64,000 nt of DNA from Patescibacteria group bacterium (GTDB taxonomy: Bacteria > Patescibacteriota > Patescibacteriia > SG8-24): NCBI GenBank assembly GCA_034716415.1, contig JAYEJB010000059.1:68-64067 (forward strand), written 5' to 3'. The position numbers were made by a program, and so were the translations under genes. Shown here in pieces: positions 53,889 through 63,117 of this stretch; the stretch's first letter is position 1; every line of letters begins with the position of its first letter. The notes below the pieces were generated by a model. The model was not told the origin of the DNA. It was given only the letters and a program-made list of their open reading frames with translations, and did no database searches.

Positions 53889-55690
53889 CTCTTCAAAACA
53901 GCTATATACGCCTCGGGCGGTATATCCACCTTGCCGCCTTTGCCCATGCGCTTCTTGCCTTTCTTCTGCTTCTCCAGCAGTTTCTGCTTCCGTGACACGT
54001 CACCACCATAGAGACCTGCCGTGACATCCTTGCGGTATGGCGCTATGCGCGACGACGCGATGATCTTACCTCCCACCGCGGCCTGGATGCGGATCTCGAA
54101 CTGTTGGCGCGGCAGGTTCTCTTTCAGGCGATCCACGATGCGCCGCCCTTCGCGCTGCGCGGCATCATTATAGACGATAAGCGAGAGCGACTCGACCGGC
54201 TCGGCATTGACCAGGATATCCATGCGCACCACCTTGGCCGGACGGTATTCGGTCAGCTCGTAATTCAACGAAGCGTATCCGCTCGTGGCACTCTTCAACT
54301 TATCATAGAAATCCACGAGTATCGACGCGAGCGGCATGTCGTAGTGTATGATGGCGCGGGATTCCTTTCCGCCGGAAGACAGATACTCCGTATTCAGATA
54401 GACGCCGCGGCGTTCCTGCGAAAAAGCCATGACCGCGCCGAGATATTCTTTCGGCGTGACGATATCGGCGCGCACCCACGGTTCGGAGATGGACGAGATG
54501 CGACTCGGGTCCGGCAGGTCGGCCGGACTCTTGGCGATGATCTCCTCGCCATCCGTCTTCGTGACCTCGTAGGCGACAGACGGCAACGTCACGACGATAT
54601 CGAGTCCATGCTCGCGTCGCAGACGCTCTTGAGCGATCTCCAGGTGCAACATGCCGAGGAATCCGCAGCGGAAACCGAAACCGAGCGCGGTCGAGTGTTC
54701 AGGTTCGAAGACGAGCGCCGCGTCGTTCAGCTTGAGCTTGAGCACCGCCTCCCTCAAACGTTCAAAGTCGTTCCCCTCCTTTGGAAATATGCCGGCGAAC
54801 ACCATCGGCCTGACCTCGCGGTAGCCGGAGAGCGACTCCGTGCCCAACTCCTTGAAATCAGCGACGGTGATCGTGTCACCGACGCGACAGTTGTCGATAT
54901 CCTTGAATCCGGTGACCACATAACCGATCTCGCCCGCATCGAGCGCGTCAGCCGCCGACATCTTCGGCAGGAAGTGGCCCGTTTCCGTGATCTCGCCCGA
55001 CGCCAGTGTCGCTACCATCTGGAACTTATTGTCACGTGTCACCGAACCGTCGACCACTCGGACATAAGCCACGACACCGCGATAGGAGTCATAGACCGAA
55101 TCGAAAATAAGCGCGCGGAGCGGCGCGTCCGGATCACCCTCGGGCGGCGACACCTTCTCGACGACCGTTTTCACCAAGCCCTCGACACCTTCACCGGTCT
55201 TGCCGGAAGCGAACAATACGTCTTCCGGTTCACAACCCAAAAGGTCGACTATCTCATCCCTGACCCTGTCGGGTTCCGCGTTCGGCAGGTCCATCTTGTT
55301 AACGACCGGAATGATAGTCAGATTCTCCTCGAGAGCCAGGTACAGGTTACCGATGGTCTGCGCCTGCACGCCTTGCGTCGCGTCCACCAACAGGATCGCG
55401 CCCTCGACCGCAGCCAAGGATCGCGAGACCTCATACGTGAAATCCACGTGTCCAGGAGTGTCGATCAGGTTCAACGTGTACTCATCACCGGAATCAGCCT
55501 TATATCTCATCCTGACAGGCTGTAACTTAATCGTGATACCGCGTTCTCGCTCGAGGTCCATCTGGTCCAGGATCTGCTCTTTCATCTCCCGCTTACTGAT
55601 CGTGCCGGTAAATTCCAAAAGACGGTCGGCCAGAGTCGACTTTCCGTGATCGATATGCGCGATTATGCAGAAATTCCTGATGTTCTTCAT
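53885..55690 (-). CDS. lepA: translation elongation factor 4 (LepA)
   Basis: 601 aa; NFCIIAHIDHGKSTLADRLL G1 motif, DTPGHVDF, NKMD; LepA-specific C-terminal domain. Confidence 0.95.
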   Translation of the reverse strand: MKNIRNFCIIAHIDHGKSTLADRLLEFTGTISKREMKEQILDQMDLERERGITIKLQPVRMRYKADSGDEYTLNLIDTPGHVDFTYEVSRSLAAVEGAILLVDATQGVQAQTIGNLYLALEENLTIIPVVNKMDLPNAEPDRVRDEIVDLLGCEPEDVLFASGKTGEGVEGLVKTVVEKVSPPEGDPDAPLRALIFDSVYDSYRGVVAYVRVVDGSVTRDNKFQMVATLASGEITETGHFLPKMSAADALDAGEIGYVVTGFKDIDNCRVGDTITVADFKELGTESLSGYREVRPMVFAGIFPKEGNDFERLREAVLKLKLNDAALVFEPEHSTALGFGFRCGFLGMLHLEIAQERLRREHGLDIVVTLPSVAYEVTKTDGEEIIAKSPADLPDPSRISSISEPWVRADIVTPKEYLGAVMAFSQERRGVYLNTEYLSSGGKESRAIIHYDMPLASILVDFYDKLKSATSGYASLNYELTEYRPAKVVRMDILVNAEPVESLSLIVYNDAAQREGRRIVDRLKENLPRQQFEIRIQAAVGGKIIASSRIAPYRKDVTAGLYGGDVSRKQKLLEKQKKGKKRMGKGGKVDIPPEAYIAVLKR

Positions 55691-57333
55691 GCGTTTTCCG
55701 TTTCGGATCCATCCGGCGGGGTGATGGTCCTGACCGGCGAGAATCTCGCTCTAGCCATGCCGATCAGCCGCCTCGATTCCTCACTGCCCAGAAGGTACGT
55801 CACGATGAAGTAAACCGCAATACCCGCCGTACCGGCGACCGCTCCCTGCGTGAAGATGCCGAAGAAAGTCTGCATGTCAACGACGCCTCCGAGTGCGGTC
55901 TTGATTCCCTGCACGGTCAGACCCATCGCGACCGCGGCGGCCATCATCACGGAAATCGACTTGAGGATGCGCCGTTCGTCCAAAGCACCGATCAACACGC
56001 GTAACAATACCCACAGCAACGTGATACGCAATGCCGCGCTTATCGAATACGCCAGCACCAGTCCCGACGTTCCCATGCCGAGATCGATCAATTTCCAGGC
56101 GAGCAGACGTTCGAAGACGATACTGGCCGCCGCGACCATGAGCGGAAAACGGACGTTATGAAACGCGAAGAACGTCTTGACGATGAACGGTAGCAGCGCC
56201 TGCGCGAACATGCTGATCGAGAAGAGGGCGAGCGCGTCGGCGGTGTCTACGGTGTTGGCCCAATCGAAGTTGCCGCTACCCAGCACGACACGCACGATCT
56301 GTGCGCGCAACAGCACGAACGCCACGGTCGCGGGAATGACCAGGAACATCACCAGACGCACGATACGCGAGAACTCACGTTTGACACCTTCCTTGTCGCC
56401 GCGCTCCACGAGTTCGGCGATGAACGGAAACGACGCGACCGCGAACGATACACCAAGAACGCCGACCGGCAAGCTCTGAAGATTCAACGCCAAATTGAAG
56501 ACCGCAATGCTGCCGACACCTAATGTCGACGCGATTCCGGTCAGTATTATGAAATTGACATGCTCGAGAGCGACGCTCGCGGTCCGCGGCACCATCATCC
56601 GACCGATCTCCTTCATGCTTTCGTCGCATACACTCGGCCGAAAAGCGAACTTGAAACCGAGCCGCCAGACAGAGATCAGCTGGATGAACATGTGCATGAA
56701 CGAACCGCCGACCACACCGATTACCACGCCGAAAATCCCGAAACGTTCCGCCAACAAGACGATGCCGAGTATGATTCCCAAATTGTAGACGACCGGCGCG
56801 AGCGAATAGACCAGGAAACGTTTGTAGGTCTGTAGTATGCCGGAGAACACCGCGGACAACCCGAGGAAGAACGGCGACAGGAACATCAGCCGTGTCAGCA
56901 GAATGGAAATCTGCTGCTGTTCCGATGTGAAGCCTGATGTGTAGAGCGGTACGAACCACTGCGCGGTCGCGGCTCCGATTACGGAGATCACCGCCAAGAT
57001 GACACCCATGATCGAAATGACACGCGAGGCGAATTCGCTGGACGAATCGCCCATGTGACCGTCTCCGTCCTGGACGACATATCTGGTGAAGACAGGAATG
57101 AACCCCGCACTGATCGCGCCCGCGACAAAAAGGCCGAACATAAAGTCCGGCGCGCGGAAAGCGGCGTAATACGCGTCGAGTTCAGCACCCGCGCCGAAAG
57201 TGCCGGAAAGCAGTCGGTCGCGGAACATCCCCAGGAACTTGCTCAACAGCGTGGCCACGCCTAAAAGCGCGGCCGCCCAGGTGACCGAGCTGCGTATCGC
57301 GCTCTGAAGCCTTTTTCCTGACAGTATCGCCAT
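55687..57333 (-). CDS. murJ: lipid II flippase MurJ (MVIN family)
   Basis: 548 aa; 14 predicted TM helices; N-terminal LLSKFLGMFRDRLLSGTFGAGAELDAYYAAFRAPD MurJ signature. Confidence 0.85.
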   Translation of the reverse strand: MAILSGKRLQSAIRSSVTWAAALLGVATLLSKFLGMFRDRLLSGTFGAGAELDAYYAAFRAPDFMFGLFVAGAISAGFIPVFTRYVVQDGDGHMGDSSSEFASRVISIMGVILAVISVIGAATAQWFVPLYTSGFTSEQQQISILLTRLMFLSPFFLGLSAVFSGILQTYKRFLVYSLAPVVYNLGIILGIVLLAERFGIFGVVIGVVGGSFMHMFIQLISVWRLGFKFAFRPSVCDESMKEIGRMMVPRTASVALEHVNFIILTGIASTLGVGSIAVFNLALNLQSLPVGVLGVSFAVASFPFIAELVERGDKEGVKREFSRIVRLVMFLVIPATVAFVLLRAQIVRVVLGSGNFDWANTVDTADALALFSISMFAQALLPFIVKTFFAFHNVRFPLMVAAASIVFERLLAWKLIDLGMGTSGLVLAYSISAALRITLLWVLLRVLIGALDERRILKSISVMMAAAVAMGLTVQGIKTALGGVVDMQTFFGIFTQGAVAGTAGIAVYFIVTYLLGSEESRRLIGMARARFSPVRTITPPDGSETENA

Positions 57334-57399
57334 AATCTAAACCATATTCCCGCTCTTAAGGGCGGGAATGCGTAGTGATTATATATATGATAGGGCCGA

Positions 57400-57535
57400 T
57401 GGGCAAGGGTTTTGGAGAGATCGAAAGCTTAACAGTCTAAAAGCTCAAAAGCCGATAATGTGTCTGGTCTGAAGTCGGACTCCTTATTAAGACTTTTAGG
57501 CTGTTAAACTTTCAAGCTCTCTAAAACCCTTGCCA
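57400..57535. repeat. ~44-bp imperfect inverted repeats (GGGCAAGGGTTTTGGAGAGATCGAAAGCTTAACAGTCTAAAAGC / revcomp) in the divergent murJ / 57592 gene spacer
   Basis: Read directly; long hairpin in a probable divergent promoter region. Confidence 0.65.
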
Positions 57536-57591
57536 CCCCGCCCGTTCCGTGCTATAAATATAAGAAGCTCATTTCAAGGAAGGGAAGAATA

Positions 57592-58308
57592 TTGGACTAC
57601 GAACCGTTGATAAGGCTCTGCAAAGGCGAGGGTGCACTGAAGCAGATGGAGATGGTCGAGAAGACTCTCGTCAAACTGGAACCGATACTGCCTCCGCTGG
57701 CGGCCGGCGAATTCGAATTCGCGCCGGAAGATTCATTCCAGCTCAGCATGACGATCGTCACCGCGTTGACGACGACCGCCGGCATCAAGAAGGAGGACAT
57801 CAAGAATCCTCGCGCCATATCCCTGTCTGAACCGTTCGTCAGACCACCTTGGATGACAGACGAGGTCTTCAGGCGGGGTCAGGAAAGTTGTCTGAAACGG
57901 CCGATGCTCAAGATGATGTACATGTCCATCGACACCTTCAACAGTTGGCACGGTCGATTGCATGACAGGTACGAACGCTCGCTGCGCGATACCCTGGGTG
58001 TCGAACCGCTGAGAGAACTGGATTCGACCCTCCACCACGCGCTCCACCTCGGTGAGAATATCTCCACGGGCGTGAACAGACTGCTCGGTGTCAGACCGTC
58101 CCGCGACGAGAACCGCCCGGGAGAATCGCTCCGGCAATGCGCCTACAACGCCATCTACCACACCATCCGATACGCTATCGGATTCGCGGTAGCCGGTCGC
58201 GGCCAAGAGGTCGACGACTTCGAGACCGCCATTCGCCTGCTCCGCATGGGCCTGCCCCTCGCCGAGACCAAAGGAGAGCCAGGCAGTTGGGGCGTGCTGG
58301 TGAGATAG
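57592..58308 (+). CDS. hypothetical protein (238 aa), one of only three plus-strand genes
   Basis: ORF with downstream intrinsic terminator; no family recognised. Confidence 0.55.
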   Translation: MDYEPLIRLCKGEGALKQMEMVEKTLVKLEPILPPLAAGEFEFAPEDSFQLSMTIVTALTTTAGIKKEDIKNPRAISLSEPFVRPPWMTDEVFRRGQESCLKRPMLKMMYMSIDTFNSWHGRLHDRYERSLRDTLGVEPLRELDSTLHHALHLGENISTGVNRLLGVRPSRDENRPGESLRQCAYNAIYHTIRYAIGFAVAGRGQEVDDFETAIRLLRMGLPLAETKGEPGSWGVLVR

Positions 58309-58316
58309 CGAGATCG

Positions 58317-58344
58317 AAAAACCGGCCAAGGCCGGTCTTTTTTA
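58317..58344 (+). terminator. intrinsic terminator
   Basis: AAAAACCGGCCAAGGCCGGTCTTTTTTA. Confidence 0.8.
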
Positions 58345-58354
58345 TTGGTGGGAT

Positions 58355-58466
58355 GATGTCTTATGCACAGTTTGGGGTAAAACACAGACAGCCTGTTTCT
58401 TACGAGAAACAGGCTGTCTGTTTTTGCCCCAAACTGTGCATAAGACATCTACTGTTTACTCCAAAA
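58355..58466. repeat. ~95-nt perfect hairpin element with conserved tail (copy 2 of the 676-790 family)
   Basis: GATGTCTTATGCACAGTTTGGGGTAAAACACAGACAGCCTGTTTCTTACGAGAAACAGGCTGTCTGTTTTTGCCCCAAACTGTGCATAAGACATC + TACTGTTTACTCCAAAAAAG. Confidence 0.85.
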
Positions 58467-58578
58467 AAGTGAAGAATCTGGGGATCAGAGAGCATTACTT
58501 TAATAATCCCTTCCGACCGCCTGTCCTGAGTGAAGTCGAAGGGTCCGACATTCCGACATTCCGACCCCCTTCTAACCC

Positions 58579-59727
58579 TCAAACTATCTCCCCGACCTCT
58601 CTCGCGATCATCAATTCCTCGTTCGTCGGCACGACCATCACCTTCGGTTTCGGCTTCAGCTTCACCATCGACATGACTTTCTTCCTGATGAGCTGGCTCC
58701 GCTCCCCTATCCCGGCCGTGAATACGATCGCGTCAACGCTTCCGAGGATTCCCGCATAAGAACCGATGTGCTTGGCGACGCTGTAGCAGAACATATCGAC
58801 CGCGATGCGCGCCTGTTCCTTCTCTTCCTTGTTCGGCCGCTTCTTAAGCGAGAACCCGGGGAAATCATGACCGAGCATCGACAGCACTTCGCGCAGGTCG
58901 GCATATCCGGTCAGCCCTTTAAGACCCGACTCGTGGTTCAGGTCATCGTAAACGTCGTCCGGATCGCGACCGACTTCCCTGATCATGAACAGCGGGATGG
59001 CCGGGTCGATGTCACCGCAACGCGTGGACATCACCAGTCCCTGCAGCGGCGTGAAACCCATCGAAGTATCCACGGACTCACCGCCCCTGACCGCCGTTAC
59101 TGACGCCCCGCTGCCGAGATGACAAGTAATCAGATTGACCTTTTCTGACGGCTTTTTCATCTTCCGCGCCGCCTCTTCGCTGACGTACTGATGCGAGATG
59201 CCGTGAAAACCGTATTTACGGATACCATGCTTCTCGTACCAACGCCATGGCAGAGCGTACATATGCGCGAAGTCCGGAATCGTCGCATGGAATGCCGTAT
59301 CGAACACCGCGACCTGTTTCGCCTTCGGTAATACCCGCGTAGCCGCCTCGATTCCCGCGATGTTGGCCGGATTGTGCAGCGGTGCCAGCTTGTCGTACTT
59401 TCGCAGTTGCCTCAAGACCTCTGATGTCACCAATATCGGTCGGGTGAACCGCTCTCCGCCATGTACCACGCGATGCCCGACCGCCTTCACGTCACCATCT
59501 TCAAAACCGAACTCATATAGCAGAGAGAACACTTCGTTCAGCGCTTCCTCATGATCAGGTAGCCCACCCGCAAAAGTCCGATGCTCGTGATCACCGCCGA
59601 ACGCGCATTCGATGAACGAACGCCGCAAACCGACCCGTTCGACGATACCGCCGCCGAGCTCCTTCAGGTCCGCGTCAAATACACGAAACTTGAGCGTTGA
59701 GCTACCGGAGTTGATTACGAAAATCAT
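58579..59727 (-). CDS. ackA: acetate kinase
   Basis: 382 aa; VINSGSSTLKF, HLGSGASV, VHGGE acetate/propionate-kinase motifs. Confidence 0.9.
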   Translation of the reverse strand: MIFVINSGSSTLKFRVFDADLKELGGGIVERVGLRRSFIECAFGGDHEHRTFAGGLPDHEEALNEVFSLLYEFGFEDGDVKAVGHRVVHGGERFTRPILVTSEVLRQLRKYDKLAPLHNPANIAGIEAATRVLPKAKQVAVFDTAFHATIPDFAHMYALPWRWYEKHGIRKYGFHGISHQYVSEEAARKMKKPSEKVNLITCHLGSGASVTAVRGGESVDTSMGFTPLQGLVMSTRCGDIDPAIPLFMIREVGRDPDDVYDDLNHESGLKGLTGYADLREVLSMLGHDFPGFSLKKRPNKEEKEQARIAVDMFCYSVAKHIGSYAGILGSVDAIVFTAGIGERSQLIRKKVMSMVKLKPKPKVMVVPTNEELMIAREVGEIV

Positions 59728-59832
59728 GGTTAGAGTTAAAAAAGTCTAAAAGTCGAAAAGACGAAAAGCATTTTTTAAATATTCCATCCCCGCTTCCCTG
59801 CCCACCGAAGCTTCAGCGTAGGTGGGTCCCCG

Positions 59833-60423
59833 CTACTTGATAATTTCCCCTTCATTACCGACCACGTCCAACCAAGCAGCGTTGCCCTCATCGGTATCGA
59901 GGTGCACGTTCAGCCGGAACGAATCACGCACCCGGATGTTGACTTCATGGAACGTCAGGCCGCGGTCCCCGCCTATCTTCACCGACACGATGTCACCATC
60001 AACTAGTCCGCGCTCCTCCGCTTCCTTGTCGGAAATATGGATATGCCGCCGAGCGACGATGACACCCTCTTCGAGAACGACCTCGCCGGCCGGACCGACC
60101 AGCGTGCAACCGGGCGTGCCGGCGATATCACCCGACAGCCGCAGTGCGGGCTCGATACCGCTCTTGATGCAATCGGTCCTCGAGAGCTCGATCTGGGTCT
60201 GTTTGCGGCACGGTCCGAGGACACGTAGCGCCATGTCCCTCTTGGACGCCTTGAGAGTCACCTTGTCTTCAGCCGCCCACTGCCCGGTCTGCGAAAGCTC
60301 TTTCTTGACGTTCATTACGTATCCCTCGCCGAACAGCGCATCCTGATCTTTCTGCGAAAGATGCACGTGGCGCGCGGAGACTTCGAGCGGGACTTTTTTC
60401 AAGTCATTATCCATATGATGCAA
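59833..60423 (-). CDS. pduL: PduL-type phosphate acyltransferase (phosphotransacetylase substitute)
   Basis: 196 aa; two PduL half-repeats with SARHVHLS and ARRHIHIS metal-site motifs. Confidence 0.8.
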   Translation of the reverse strand: MHHMDNDLKKVPLEVSARHVHLSQKDQDALFGEGYVMNVKKELSQTGQWAAEDKVTLKASKRDMALRVLGPCRKQTQIELSRTDCIKSGIEPALRLSGDIAGTPGCTLVGPAGEVVLEEGVIVARRHIHISDKEAEERGLVDGDIVSVKIGGDRGLTFHEVNIRVRDSFRLNVHLDTDEGNAAWLDVVGNEGEIIK

Positions 60424-60441
60424 CGATTATGTCGAGTTTTC

Positions 60442-61803
60442 TCAGACCAGCAACACCGTCGCCAGTCCCAAGAATACGAAAAATCCGAATATGTCGGTGA
60501 CCGCGGAGACGAATACGGTCGAGGCGAGCGCGGGATCGGTCTTCATGGCGCGCATCGAGAGCGGAATCGCCACGCCGACCAGGCCGGCCGCGAACAGGTT
60601 CATCGTCATGGCCATGACGATGACCGCGCCGATACCCGCGTTACCGGTGAAGACGGACGCGACGATGCCGACGATGACACCGGCCAAGAATCCGTTCAAG
60701 GAACCTACCGCCACCTCCTTCATGATCACCTTGTAAGTGCGCAGATGCTGGAACTCACCGAGCGCCATGGCGCGCACCGCGATGGCCAGTGATTGCTGAC
60801 CGGCGTTACCGCCCATCCCGGCGATGATCGGCATGAATGCCGCAAGTATCACGATCTGTTCGATGGTGCCCCTAAAAAGTCCGATGACACTTGCGGCCAG
60901 AAGGGCCGTCACCATGTTCACCGCCAGCCAAGGGATACGACGACGGGCCGACAACCAGATCGGATCGCTGATGTTCGCGTCCTCATGCACGCCGGCAAGC
61001 CTGATGACGTCCTCACTATGCTCTTCCTCCATGACCGCGAAAATATCGTCCGCGGTGATGACACCCAACAGTTTCCCCTTACGGTTCACCACGGGCAATT
61101 CAATCGCGCCCTCCTCGTCGAACACCAACGCCGCCTCCTCCTGATCCATGTCCGCGGGCAACGAGACCACCGTGGGATCCAGAATCTCGATCAGCGAACC
61201 TTCACCACTCGCCTGAATGAGACGAATCGGCGAAAAACGACCGATCAGCTCGTCGTTCTCGTCCGTGATATATATGTAATGACTCTTCGACCGCGCCTTC
61301 GGATCCTTTACGACTTCCTGACGGATATCATCCACTGTCCGGTCTTGCCGATACTTCAGTATCTCCGTCTTCATCCTGCCGCCGGCGGTATGTTCGTCGA
61401 ACACCAACAGCGGCAGTATCCCATCCGGATCGCTCTCCTTCAGCCGATCCACCACTTTCTTATGCCTCGGTCCGTCGAGCCATTGGATGATGTCCACGGC
61501 GTCATCCGACTGCGCCTTAGAGATCAGCTCCCAGATCTCATCGAACGTCAGACGCGGCAAAAGCATCTGGAACGAATAATCGCTCAAATCGAGCAGTATC
61601 TTCACTTTCCGCTTGGGCTGTAACGCCCTGAACACGATCAGTTTCTGCTTCGGCGACAAGGAATCTATCGTGTGTATGACTTCGTCGTCACCGACTTTCG
61701 GCAGGAACTCGGCCAACAAGGTCTTGCCGTTGCCGAAAAGCGCATCGCGCAGACGATCCTTCAGCGTATCCAGCGGTTTTTTGGTCTTGTCAGTCATCAT
61801 CAC
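60442..61803 (-). CDS. mgtE: magnesium transporter MgtE
   Basis: 453 aa; MgtE-N region, two CBS domains, five C-terminal TM helices. Confidence 0.9.
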   Translation of the reverse strand: MMMTDKTKKPLDTLKDRLRDALFGNGKTLLAEFLPKVGDDEVIHTIDSLSPKQKLIVFRALQPKRKVKILLDLSDYSFQMLLPRLTFDEIWELISKAQSDDAVDIIQWLDGPRHKKVVDRLKESDPDGILPLLVFDEHTAGGRMKTEILKYRQDRTVDDIRQEVVKDPKARSKSHYIYITDENDELIGRFSPIRLIQASGEGSLIEILDPTVVSLPADMDQEEAALVFDEEGAIELPVVNRKGKLLGVITADDIFAVMEEEHSEDVIRLAGVHEDANISDPIWLSARRRIPWLAVNMVTALLAASVIGLFRGTIEQIVILAAFMPIIAGMGGNAGQQSLAIAVRAMALGEFQHLRTYKVIMKEVAVGSLNGFLAGVIVGIVASVFTGNAGIGAVIVMAMTMNLFAAGLVGVAIPLSMRAMKTDPALASTVFVSAVTDIFGFFVFLGLATVLLV

Positions 61804-62369
61804 TTGCTGTTTTCGATGAGTTCCTGTCCCAACTCGAACGCTTTTTGATTGAGCTCGCGCAATTCCGGTCTCTTTTCGTACTTGTCCGCGAACGTCTTCT
61901 CGATCGACTTGGCGAAACCTTCCGGCGACACGTCCGGGATGAAATGCAACATCGCGCCCATGATGATCATGTTGAACGTGCGCGGTTCATCGAACTTCTC
62001 CTTGGCGAGTTCGGTGAACTCGAACGAGTACGGTTTCCATTTCTTGATCTTCGACAGGTCCTTCACGAGATGGCTGTTCACAATGACGACAGAGTCATCC
62101 TTGAGGAACGGATAGATGCGGTCAATCGCGCGCTGTGACAGCGCCACCCACAGGTCGGACTTCATGAACTTCGGGAACGGAATGTGCTCATCGCTGATCT
62201 GCACGAACGCCGACGACACACCGCCGCGTTTCTCCGTACTGAAGTACGGCACATAAGTGACCTTCTTGCCTTGGTTCCAGGCGCTCTTGGCCGTGATCTT
62301 GGCGATTGAGAGAATACCCTGACCGCCCTCCCCACTGATGATGATCTTGTACTTGTCTGACATAAGCAT
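61800..62369 (-). CDS. 2-oxoacid:ferredoxin oxidoreductase, gamma subunit
   Basis: 189 aa; IISGEGGQGILS motif of POR/KOR gamma. Confidence 0.8.
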   Translation of the reverse strand: MLMSDKYKIIISGEGGQGILSIAKITAKSAWNQGKKVTYVPYFSTEKRGGVSSAFVQISDEHIPFPKFMKSDLWVALSQRAIDRIYPFLKDDSVVIVNSHLVKDLSKIKKWKPYSFEFTELAKEKFDEPRTFNMIIMGAMLHFIPDVSPEGFAKSIEKTFADKYEKRPELRELNQKAFELGQELIENSK

Positions 62370-62372
62370 CCT

Positions 62373-63113
62373 TTAGTATTTCCCGGTCGGGAAGACCTTC
62401 ATGTGTTCTTCTTCGAGAAAACGGAAAGTCTCTTCCGGCTTGTCCATCGTCTTCCAATTCAGCGGACACTGCGACAACACCTCTACGAACGCGAAGCCCT
62501 TATTATCCATGACATGCTGCAGACCTTCCCGCATCAGTTTACGCAGATCCGGCTGGCGGGTCGTGATGCCGCGCGCCACGAACGCGGTCGGATTGACGTT
62601 CCTGACGATCTCCGGAGCGCGGATGTAATACTCGTCCGCACCGCACGGGGCGGTCGTGACTTTAGCGCCAGGATGCGTGGTCGGGGCTTCCTGCCCGCCG
62701 GTCATAGCGTAGACCGCGTTATTGACGACGATAGTGAAAATGCGGTCATTGCGGATCGCCGCGTTCAGAAAATGCCCGCCACCGATGGCGTAAGCTCCGC
62801 CGTCACCGACATAGGCGACCGGCACGGAGTCGGTATTGGCCTTAGAAAACCCGACCATGAACGGCACGGTCCGGCCGTGGTGTGTCTCGATCGTGTCCAG
62901 GTTGAAATAGTCCCAGGCCAGTAGCGAACAGCCGATATCGACACCGAAAGCGACCTTCTGTTGGATGTCGAGCTCGTCAATGGCGAAACCGAGCGCCTTC
63001 AGAACTTGCGGATGCCCACAGCCCGGACAGAACGTATGCGGTTTCGATTCGAGCCGGGCGCACTTCGGGAAGGCCGAGCGCAATTCCTTGTCCTTTGCTT
63101 TCTTTGCGAACAT
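62373..63113 (-). CDS. 2-oxoacid:ferredoxin oxidoreductase, beta (TPP-binding) subunit
   Basis: 246 aa; FCPGCGH N-terminal Cys motif; TPP-binding VGDGGAYAIGGGHFLNA. Confidence 0.85.
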   Translation of the reverse strand: MFAKKAKDKELRSAFPKCARLESKPHTFCPGCGHPQVLKALGFAIDELDIQQKVAFGVDIGCSLLAWDYFNLDTIETHHGRTVPFMVGFSKANTDSVPVAYVGDGGAYAIGGGHFLNAAIRNDRIFTIVVNNAVYAMTGGQEAPTTHPGAKVTTAPCGADEYYIRAPEIVRNVNPTAFVARGITTRQPDLRKLMREGLQHVMDNKGFAFVEVLSQCPLNWKTMDKPEETFRFLEEEHMKVFPTGKY

Positions 63114-63117
63114 AGGC

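Noticed and set aside
59822-60346. 174-aa plus-strand ORF
   Set aside because: It is antisense to the pduL gene, which has paired SARHVHLS / ARRHIHIS motifs.
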